Below, piece after piece: positions 56,508 to 64,000 of a stretch of 64,000 bases of DNA (position 1 is the first letter of the stretch; every line of letters starts with the position of its first letter). The translations under genes were made by a program, and so were the position numbers. The DNA lies in the NCBI GenBank assembly GCA_023151275.1, contig JAKLJI010000004.1, positions 4,946 through 68,945 of the forward strand, written 5' to 3'. Source of the stretch: Bacteroidia bacterium. GTDB lineage: Bacteria; Bacteroidota; Bacteroidia; UKL13-3. The notes beneath the pieces were generated by a model. That model did not search any database. It was not told where the DNA came from and saw only the letters and a program-made list of their open reading frames with translations.

Positions 56508-57698
56508 ATGCGAATTGAGAGTATTACAATCGAAAACTATAAGGTTTTTAAAAACACCACAATAAAGAATCTTCCAAGGATGTCAGTTTTTTTAGGCCCA
56601 AATGGTTCAGGAAAATCCACCTTTTTTGATGTTTTTGGCTTTCTAAGCGATTGTTTGCAAAACAATGTCAACATTGCCATAAACAGAAGAGGAGGTTTCC
56701 ACGAATTAATTTCTAGGGATACTGACCATTCCAAAAATATTAAGTTTGAGGTGAAGTTTAGAAATCCTATTCCTAATGAAGATCGACCTCCGTTAGTTAC
56801 TTATTACATCGAAATTGGATTCAATCAAGGAAGGGCCTTTATTAATAAAGAGGTTCTAAAATACCGAAGAGGTCAATATGGAAAACCTTGGCATTTTTTG
56901 GACTTTTCAAACGGTGAAGGATATGCTATTTCAAATGAGGATGAGTATGATTCAAATGAAAGTAAAGAAAAAAGGGAATTCCAAAAGGTAGCGAGTCCTG
57001 ATATTATGGCTATTAAGGGTTTAGGGCAATTTGAGAAATACAAAGTATTAAGTGCTTTTCGGACTTTGCTTGAGCGTTGGTATGTTTCAAACTTTAAAAT
57101 AGAATATGGTAGGAATTTATCAGAAACAGGAATCAGTGAACATTTATCTGTTACAGGGCATAACCTCGCACAGGTTACAAAATATTTGTACGATTACCAT
57201 AGAGATACATTTAATAAAATTTTAGAAAAATTACCAAGACGCATTCCTGGAATAAATAAAGTCGAAGCGAAGGAAACAGAAGATGGAATGATTTTACTAA
57301 AATTTCAGGATAAAAGCTTCACGAATCCATTTTTATCAAAATTCGTATCCGATGGTACCATTAAAATGTTTGCCTTTTTGATATTATTAAACGATCCAAA
57401 CCCTCATCCTCTTTTGTGTATTGAAGAACCAGAGAATTTTCTTCATCCGGATTTGCTCTTACAGTTGTGTGAAGAAATACGGGAGTATGCAGAAAGAGGG
57501 GGACAGGTTTTGGTATCTAGTCATTCTCCTGATTTTGTAAATGGGGTAAGAGTAGAAGAACTATTTTTTCTAGTAAAAAAAGATGGGTTTAGCGAAATCA
57601 GGTCCGCATTTGAAGATGAGACAGTAAAAGAACTTGCAAAGGAGAACCAGCTTGGTTGGCTTTGGCGCAACAATTACATCAACGGTGCCAATCTATGA
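56508..57698 (+). CDS. AAA_21-type ABC-like ATPase (defence-associated type)
   Basis: GPNGSGKS Walker A, SDGT signature, LCIEEPENFLHP Walker B, SSHS H-loop; AT-rich. Confidence 0.9.
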   Translation: MRIESITIENYKVFKNTTIKNLPRMSVFLGPNGSGKSTFFDVFGFLSDCLQNNVNIAINRRGGFHELISRDTDHSKNIKFEVKFRNPIPNEDRPPLVTYYIEIGFNQGRAFINKEVLKYRRGQYGKPWHFLDFSNGEGYAISNEDEYDSNESKEKREFQKVASPDIMAIKGLGQFEKYKVLSAFRTLLERWYVSNFKIEYGRNLSETGISEHLSVTGHNLAQVTKYLYDYHRDTFNKILEKLPRRIPGINKVEAKETEDGMILLKFQDKSFTNPFLSKFVSDGTIKMFAFLILLNDPNPHPLLCIEEPENFLHPDLLLQLCEEIREYAERGGQVLVSSHSPDFVNGVRVEELFFLVKKDGFSEIRSAFEDETVKELAKENQLGWLWRNNYINGANL

Positions 57699-58270
57699 AA
57701 TTCATCCATATTTTCGTTGAAGAACCTTCAATAAAGCGAGTGCTTGATGTGATTATTCCGAAGTTGTTACCTGAAGGCGTATTTTATTAGGTTTATCCAC
57801 ATCAGGGGAAGCAGGTCCTTGAAAAAGCAATTATTTCCGCTCTTCCAAGTCTTAGTATGATCCCAGGTTCACGAATAATAATTTCACGAGATCAAGATAG
57901 TGCGGATTGTAAGGAAATAAAAAATAGGCTTGAGCAAATTGCACAGGGCAGGCTATCCTGTCCTTTTAAAATTCGGATTGTTTGCAGGGAGCTTGAAAGC
58001 TGGTTTTTAGGGGACCTCTCTGCATTGGCTAAAACCTATCCTAGATTTAAACCAGAATCAATCTCCCATAAAAGTGAATTGCGTTTTGTAGACGAAATTT
58101 TCAAACCATCTACTTTGCTACTAAAGGTTATCCCTGAATATGCACAATTTGCTTTCCTGCCTAAAATTGAAAATGCTGAGAAAATAGCTCCTAATCTGGA
58201 TTTGAATAGGAATACTTCGAGTAGTTTTATTCAAATGATACAAGCGATTAAATATTTAGCAGAGATTTAA
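57695..58270 (+). pseudogene. DUF4276-type TOPRIM-like protein interrupted by in-frame TAG at 57788-57790
   Basis: ATGA overlap with the ATPase stop; MKFIHIFVEEPS...GVFY*VYPHQGKQ... continues in frame into track ORF 57857 (RDQDSADC, ELESWFLGD, N.SSSF). Confidence 0.75.
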
Positions 58271-58434
58271 GTTGGAATAGAGAATCGTCTTCGATAATGT
58301 AATTGGTTGCTGTTTTTTTAGCAAAGGAATTACGAATAAACCTTGGTGCCAGAAGACCACTCAATTCATTTCAACTAATTTATTGAGGGAGAATTTCGTT
58401 AAGCCCTTTTCGGAGTTATCGAGAAAAAGTATGT

Positions 58435-58788
58435 TCAATGGCTGTCGGATTTCGCTTCTTGCTCGTCTCTTTTTGAATCATAAAAAAGAATACCTACCCG
58501 TTGAATGTGGTTGATAAACTCAGGGTTGTTAAGCGAAGTAAAATCAACCAAATCTACAGCTACTGGTAGGCTGCTTTCGGCACAATCTGCCAATATTCGG
58601 CTTATGGTTTTGGGTTGTAACCCGGTATTCATTACCGCCAGGTCAATATCACTGCCAATAGTATAATTTCCTTTCGCCCTGCTTCCAAAAAGATGTACCT
58701 CCTTAACATCGGTATATTTTTTAAAAATGGCATACAATTCCCCAATGTTTCGCTCTGTTAGGCCGAATTTGTTCTGTTCTTTACTCAT
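58435..58788 (-). CDS. Minimal nucleotidyltransferase (MNT, HI0073-like)
   Basis: LFGSRAKG...SDIDLAV...VDLV. Confidence 0.9.
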   Translation of the reverse strand: MSKEQNKFGLTERNIGELYAIFKKYTDVKEVHLFGSRAKGNYTIGSDIDLAVMNTGLQPKTISRILADCAESSLPVAVDLVDFTSLNNPEFINHIQRVGILFYDSKRDEQEAKSDSH

Positions 58789-58802
58789 CTAATCTCATCA
58801 AA

Positions 58803-59225
58803 CTAGTTAGCTTGTGATTCATTAATTTGTTGCTGAAAGAATTCGTAAAGTGCTTTTAATGCCGGAAAGGTTTCTTGGCGTAATTGCTCTTCTGCACGTT
58901 CAAACTTTTGACCATCATAATCGTGCGATAGTTCATTTCGTAGGTCCAGCCCGTCTATTAACTCTTGCGCATAGCCAATATAGCCGCCTTCTTGCGCCTT
59001 CCTAAAGGTGTCTTTAGGCGAAGGTTTAAATGCAAAGCCCTTTTCTACTAGAAAATCTTTTGTAGTTTTCCAAGCCAGTTCCAGGGTGAATTCAAAGCGC
59101 TGAACCAGCCCATTTCGTTCCAGTTCGTTTAATTCATCTTCTGCCATAGCCTCACTCAGACGATTAAACGCTCTCTCGAAATTGGCAAATCGTTGTTTCC
59201 AGCGTATGTCTTTTTCTTCCATCAT
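58803..59225 (-). CDS. HEPN-domain nucleotidyltransferase substrate-binding protein (HI0074 family)
   Basis: RWKQRF.NF, GLVQRFEFTLELAWK, RNELSHDY (RX4H). Confidence 0.9.
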   Translation of the reverse strand: MMEEKDIRWKQRFANFERAFNRLSEAMAEDELNELERNGLVQRFEFTLELAWKTTKDFLVEKGFAFKPSPKDTFRKAQEGGYIGYAQELIDGLDLRNELSHDYDGQKFERAEEQLRQETFPALKALYEFFQQQINESQAN

Positions 59226-59447
59226 TCAATTTGCTCTTTAAATCTACCAACTTCTATTATCCAAATAAATCAGTAATCTCTTGGTAATCAAAAATTATTC
59301 CCATAGGTTCTCCAAAAGTTGGCTGTGATTGTTTAAGCTGGGTCGACATAAGGCAAATTTACATCTTATCGGCAATAACACTCCATTTGCCAATTTCCTT
59401 CTCAGAATTGCGGAGCATCATTGATGTTGAGTTGATTGTAATGGCTC

Positions 59448-59488
59448 AAAAAAAATCCTGCTAGCCTTTAACTAACAGGATTATTTTT
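59448..59488 (-). terminator. Intrinsic terminator after the SIMPL gene
   Basis: AAAAAAAATCCTGCTAG-CCTTTAA-CTAACAGGATTATTTT. Confidence 0.65.
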
Positions 59489-59495
59489 CGAGGAT

Positions 59496-60239
59496 TTACT
59501 TGTTCAACAACTGGTACCGAATTTCAACTCGTTCCGAAAATTCAATTTCCTGAATGCTGAAGTCGGTTGAAAATTGCTGTCCGCTTGCATCAGCCACCGC
59601 TGCAGGAGCCATCCATTTCATTTCTGCATTTACAGGTGCATGCAGTTGTTCGGCTAAGTGGTAACGGATATATTCTACGTTGCCAACTTTCATTCCAGAG
59701 GCTTCGGCTAGTGCATTGGCGCGAATACCTGCATTTTTAACCGCAATCTTAATCAATTCCAATTCTGTTTTTTCTTTCAATGCCTCCGAGCATTCGTTGC
59801 CCATTGAAATGGTTAAATCGGCGCTGGTATTTTGCGAGCTAAGGTTTTTATAAACCTTCAACAAGCGCTGCTTATCCAATGGAAATTTAACAACATAACT
59901 TTGGGTTGCACTAAATCCAATCCGTTTTGCTTCTCCATTCTTTCCATAATCAAAGCGTGCATTTACCGAGAAATTGCTTAGTTTTATTTGTTCCTCAGTA
60001 AAGCCTTCTGCTTTCAATTGCTTGAGAATTTCTTGCTGCCTGCGCGCTAGCTTTTCCAAACTTTCCGATTCTGTTTTTGCATCTGCATTCAGATTTAGGT
60101 ATAAAATGGCAACGTCAGGAATTACCAATTTCCGAGATTCTCCTGCAAGTGCAATTCCTGCTGCTTGTGCTTGTACCTGCTGACTTTTTCCTGCCACAAC
60201 CAGCAACAGGAGAATAAAGAATAGACTTAATTTTTTCAT
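59496..60239 (-). CDS. SIMPL (DUF541) domain periplasmic protein (ATG 60239 preferred)
   Basis: MKKLSLFF signal peptide; GE...V.PD.A, A..NA..RA..LA.ASG..VG. Confidence 0.85.
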   Translation of the reverse strand: MKKLSLFFILLLLVVAGKSQQVQAQAAGIALAGESRKLVIPDVAILYLNLNADAKTESESLEKLARRQQEILKQLKAEGFTEEQIKLSNFSVNARFDYGKNGEAKRIGFSATQSYVVKFPLDKQRLLKVYKNLSSQNTSADLTISMGNECSEALKEKTELELIKIAVKNAGIRANALAEASGMKVGNVEYIRYHLAEQLHAPVNAEMKWMAPAAVADASGQQFSTDFSIQEIEFSERVEIRYQLLNK

Positions 60240-60372
60240 GTGATTTCGTTTGAGATTATTTTGTGAACACTTATGTATTGCCTCAAGCCATTCAAATTTC
60301 ATTCCAAAGCAATTTCCGGTTGAGTGCATGAATTTGAAGGCCTCAGTAAGACCCATTTAAATTCTTTAGTGA

Positions 60373-61092
60373 TTAGCCTTTGAGGCACCTTTTGTACAGT
60401 TGAATGGTGTTTTCCAATCCCAACATGAGTGAATCACAAACCAATGCATGGCCTATGGAAACTTCCTCCAACCAGGGAATGCAGGTTTTAAAGTAGGCAA
60501 GGTTTTCTAAACTTAAATCATGGCCTGCATTCAAACCCAAACCAAGCTCTTTGGCGCGTTCTGCTGCTTTAACATAAGCCTCAATTGCCTGTTCTTTTCC
60601 TTTTGAATATTGACTTGCGTAGGCCTCGGTGTACAATTCTATCCGATCCGTGCCACATTCATAAGCTCCTTCTACCAAGCGAACATCAGGGTCTACAAAA
60701 ATGGAAGTACGAATGCCTGCATTTTTAAAGGTTTGAATCATGGATTTCAGGAAATCTTGCTCCTTATACGTGTCCCAACCGTGGTCGCTGGTGAGTTGAT
60801 TACTAGCATCGGGCACTAGCGTAACTTGGTGTGGTTTATTCTTTAAAACCAGTTCGACAAACTTTTCTTCTTTAGGGTTGCCTTCTATATTTAGCTCAGT
60901 TCCAATAACTTCTTTCAAGGCAGAAACATCTGAATAGCGAATATGTCTTTCATCCGGCCGGGGATGAATGGTGATGCCATCTGCCCCGAATTGCTCACAA
61001 AAAACGGCCATCCGAATAATATCAGGGTTATTTCCTCCTCTTGAGTTACGGATTAACGCTAATTTATTTATGTTTACACTTAATTTTGTCAT
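60373..61092 (-). CDS. pdxJ: Pyridoxine 5'-phosphate synthase (ATG 61092)
   Basis: LSVNINKLALIRNSRG, HPRPDERHIR, NIEG, QVTLVPD, IELYT, NAGHDL, EVSIGH; TATGTTTG -7 element at 61117-61124. Confidence 0.96.
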   Translation of the reverse strand: MTKLSVNINKLALIRNSRGGNNPDIIRMAVFCEQFGADGITIHPRPDERHIRYSDVSALKEVIGTELNIEGNPKEEKFVELVLKNKPHQVTLVPDASNQLTSDHGWDTYKEQDFLKSMIQTFKNAGIRTSIFVDPDVRLVEGAYECGTDRIELYTEAYASQYSKGKEQAIEAYVKAAERAKELGLGLNAGHDLSLENLAYFKTCIPWLEEVSIGHALVCDSLMLGLENTIQLYKRCLKG

Positions 61093-61153
61093 TCGTACAC
61101 GGGTGTTTTTTATCTTCAAACATACAAAAGTTTGTGCTTGGCATAGGCCAATA

Positions 61154-63721
61154 TTGCTGCTAGTAATTTTATTTGCCGGTTTTCAGCCACTTTGGTCGCA
61201 GGTTAAAACAGACAGCATCCGCCAGGTTTTGCATTCAGGCAAGCTAAATACTGCTGATTATGCAGAATCAATGGTAGATTTATCCTTCGCACTTCTGGAA
61301 AATGAACACCTTGATTCCGGTTACAATACCGCTGTTTCGGCATTGGAATTTGCAAGGTTAAATAAATTAAAAGAGACAGAAGCTTATGCGAAACTTGCTA
61401 TTGTTTTTAGTCGATTTGATAAACAACCTTACGATAGTTCAATCTTAATACTTGAAGACATTATTCGGGTTCTTGCTGAATCAGAGAAAAAAAATGCACT
61501 TGCCCGCGCTTTCAACCTGTGTGGAATTGCCTTTGAGCGCCGTGGCTTGTATAAACAAGCTATACAAAACTATTACAAGGCAATGTACATCTTTGAAGAA
61601 AAGAAAGATTTGCATGGTCTGGCAGATACATATAACAACATAGGCCTGCTTTACCAAGCCGAAAAAAGATACACCGAAGCCACAGCTTTCTTCAAAAGAT
61701 CCCTCGAATTGGTTTATAAGATGGGTGGTAACCACAATTCCGAGGCCAATGCCCTTAACAATTTAGCGATTGTTTACCACGAAAATCATCAGCCTAGAGA
61801 GGCATTAAAGTATTTTTTGAAAGTTTACGAGCTCGACAAAAAAGAAAACTATCCGCCCAATTTGGCATTGAGCTACAATAACCTGGGTTTGGTTTACTCC
61901 GATTTGGGCCAAATGGATAAAGCTATCGATTACTTGCGAAAATCAATTGCAATAAAAGCCTCCTTTGGTGCAACACTTGATTTAGGAAATGCTTACAACA
62001 ATTTGGGTTTCGTTTACCTGAAAAAGAATTGGTTAGATTCCTCCGAAATCTATTTCCGAAAGGCAGAAAAACTTGCAACCACAAGTGATGGAATACCCTT
62101 GTTACTTGAGGTGTATGATGGATTGCATAAGGTGTTTCAAAAAAAGAACAACTTTAAAGAGGCCTATACCTATCTCCAAAAGTTTGATGCTCTTAAAGAT
62201 ACAATTTATCGCAAGGAAACTAGTTCCCACCTCGACCAGTTGCAATTGGATTACCTTCAGCTAAAATCGGAAAAGAACGAGGCCGAAACCAATTCCTTCC
62301 GTGAAAAGGCTCGTTTCCGTAAGACCTTGCTCATTTCGGGTGTTCTAATTAGCTTTTTAGTTCTGTTAATTATGTGGTTCTATTTGGTTAGGGTAAAGCG
62401 CGTAAATCATGAACTTAATGCCAAACAAAAGAAAATCGAGATTCAAAATAAAATTCTTCAGGTAAAAAATGTAGAAATCCTTCAAGCAAAAGAGGCGGCT
62501 GAGGAGGCCGCAAAAGTAAAGGCCCAATTCATTTCTACCATTTCACATGAAATTAGAACTCCTTTGAATGCAATCGTTGGGGTTACAAATTTGCTTCAAC
62601 AAAGCAATCCACCAACCAGTCAGCTCGAAAACCTGAATATCCTCAAGATATCTTCCGATAATCTCCTGGCCCTCGTGAACAATATCCTCGATTTTTCCAA
62701 AATGGAGGCTGGTAAGATGCAATTTGAAAATATCGAGTTCAACCTGAAAAGTATTGTTCTTGATATCCGCGATTTGTTCTCGGTTAAGGCCGCAGAAAAA
62801 GGAGTAGAACTGCTGGTAAGTTTTGACGAAAAAATTCCCGCAGTCCTCAAGGGTGATCCATTACGGATTAACCAATTGCTGATTAATCTCGTAAGCAATG
62901 CCATTAAGTTTACTGAAAGGGGTTATGTTAAGATTGAAGTTGGGCTTCAATTAAGCACGGTCAATCATTCACTGGTGCATTTTAAAATTAAAGACACCGG
63001 GATTGGAATTTCAAATCAAAAACAAAACCAAATATTTGAATCCTTTACACAAGCAGATGGAAACATAACTCGCAAGTATGGCGGCTCCGGTTTGGGATTG
63101 TCCATTTGCAAACGCATTTTGGAAAATCTGAATAGTAAGCTGCAATTGAGCTCCGAACCAGGAACGGGTTCTACCTTTTATTTTTCAATTAATTTCGAGG
63201 TTAGCAGAAATGCTGCGGTTGGAAAAAGCCAAAGAACTGCCTCATTTGAGGATTCTCTGAAAGGCAAGCGTGTTCTTATTGCTGAAGATAATATGATGAA
63301 TATCCTGGTTATCCGCCAGTTCCTGCACAAATGGGAAGTGTTAACAGATGTGGTAATGAATGGTAAAGAAGCCTACTCAAAAGCGTTAACAGAAACCTTT
63401 GATGCGATTCTGATGGATATTCACATGCCGGAGATGGATGGTATTGAAGCCACAAAATTAATCCGTAAAATTCCGGATGAACGGAAACGCCGTATACCGA
63501 TCATCGCTATCACAGCCGAAAATGAAATGCAATTCCGCCAAAAAGTGTATGAAGTGGGGATGAATGACTACATTTTCAAACCTTTTAACCCAGATGATTT
63601 AAAGGAAAGATTAGGGTACGTGCTTTACAATAACCATTTGTTTGTAAGCCAGTCTCAAAAATCACCGTCTGAAACCTTTAGTGTCTCTAATCTAGTTGAT
63701 AATACCAATGTAAATCCGTAA
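61154..63721 (+). CDS. Hybrid sensor histidine kinase/response regulator with periplasmic TPR repeats (start uncertain; TTG 61154 or ATG 61070)
   Basis: TPRs (YNNIG, LNNLA, YNNLG), TM, SHEIRTPLN, NLVSNAIKFT, DTGIGI, GGSGLGL, receiver AEDN...MDIHMP...KPF. Confidence 0.92.
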   Translation: MLLVILFAGFQPLWSQVKTDSIRQVLHSGKLNTADYAESMVDLSFALLENEHLDSGYNTAVSALEFARLNKLKETEAYAKLAIVFSRFDKQPYDSSILILEDIIRVLAESEKKNALARAFNLCGIAFERRGLYKQAIQNYYKAMYIFEEKKDLHGLADTYNNIGLLYQAEKRYTEATAFFKRSLELVYKMGGNHNSEANALNNLAIVYHENHQPREALKYFLKVYELDKKENYPPNLALSYNNLGLVYSDLGQMDKAIDYLRKSIAIKASFGATLDLGNAYNNLGFVYLKKNWLDSSEIYFRKAEKLATTSDGIPLLLEVYDGLHKVFQKKNNFKEAYTYLQKFDALKDTIYRKETSSHLDQLQLDYLQLKSEKNEAETNSFREKARFRKTLLISGVLISFLVLLIMWFYLVRVKRVNHELNAKQKKIEIQNKILQVKNVEILQAKEAAEEAAKVKAQFISTISHEIRTPLNAIVGVTNLLQQSNPPTSQLENLNILKISSDNLLALVNNILDFSKMEAGKMQFENIEFNLKSIVLDIRDLFSVKAAEKGVELLVSFDEKIPAVLKGDPLRINQLLINLVSNAIKFTERGYVKIEVGLQLSTVNHSLVHFKIKDTGIGISNQKQNQIFESFTQADGNITRKYGGSGLGLSICKRILENLNSKLQLSSEPGTGSTFYFSINFEVSRNAAVGKSQRTASFEDSLKGKRVLIAEDNMMNILVIRQFLHKWEVLTDVVMNGKEAYSKALTETFDAILMDIHMPEMDGIEATKLIRKIPDERKRRIPIIAITAENEMQFRQKVYEVGMNDYIFKPFNPDDLKERLGYVLYNNHLFVSQSQKSPSETFSVSNLVDNTNVNP

Positions 63722-64000
63722 GGTTATACAAGGCAATTAAACGGCCTTTTTCATCAAACAAAGCATTTATCGACTTCTTTTTTTCCTGCTCTGTTAGAAT
63801 GTAGATATTGGTGAAATTTTTCTCTCCGGTTGAAAAGCTATTCACTTTGCTGAACTTAGCAGGGTCAAATCCGGGAGCTCTTTCTGATTGCCCGTAATCT
63901 GTGAGTAGAATTCCCCCACGGCTATTGTAATCTTTACCCCAAAAAAACAATTGAAGATTTTCTTTTTCCTGTCCATCCAACTTGAAAATGCTTACATTAA
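63687..64000 (-). CDS. Hypothetical protein, 5' part outside the window
   Basis: Reading frame stays open from 63980 to the window edge. Confidence 0.5.
   Translation of the reverse strand, partial: NVSIFKLDGQEKENLQLFFWGKDYNSRGGILLTDYGQSERAPGFDPAKFSKVNSFSTGEKNFTNIYILTEQEKKKSINALFDEKGRLIALYNLTDLHWYYQLD

Noticed and set aside
60968..61153. Long 5' extension of the hybrid kinase overlapping pdxJ
   Set aside because: Antisense overlap with the conserved pdxJ N-terminus; a signal-peptide-like segment begins only near 61140-61154.

Overview
A 64-kb chromosomal segment of a Bacteroidota bacterium. The assignment rests on T9SS porZ and CTD-bearing cargo proteins, TAnnTTTG -7 promoter elements and the ileS-dksA-lspA and relA-fur-purA gene orders. 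Housekeeping content: rsmE, pckA, metF, porZ, ileS, dksA/traR, lspA, clpP, clpX, corA, lpdA, a cyclophilin, serS, tig, tRNA-Leu(TAG), relA/spoT, fur, purA, pdxJ and a probable 6S RNA. Accessory patches: an Rpn-family nuclease, an AT-rich two-gene islet with a glycosylase-like protein, an IS200-type Y1 (HUH) transposase inside a REP hairpin array with 248-bp direct repeats, and an AAA-ATPase/TOPRIM-like (DUF4276-type) pair with an in-frame TAG next to a HEPN/MNT pair. The most striking non-coding signal is three dispersed, GC-rich, ~145-200 nt structured elements (4255-4451 minus, 30842-30985 plus, 56080-56278 plus). They share a junction core with compensatory base changes and resemble the Flavo-1 motif. 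Two of them sit at housekeeping/defence-like gene boundaries. All product calls come from motif recognition by eye; no searches were run.
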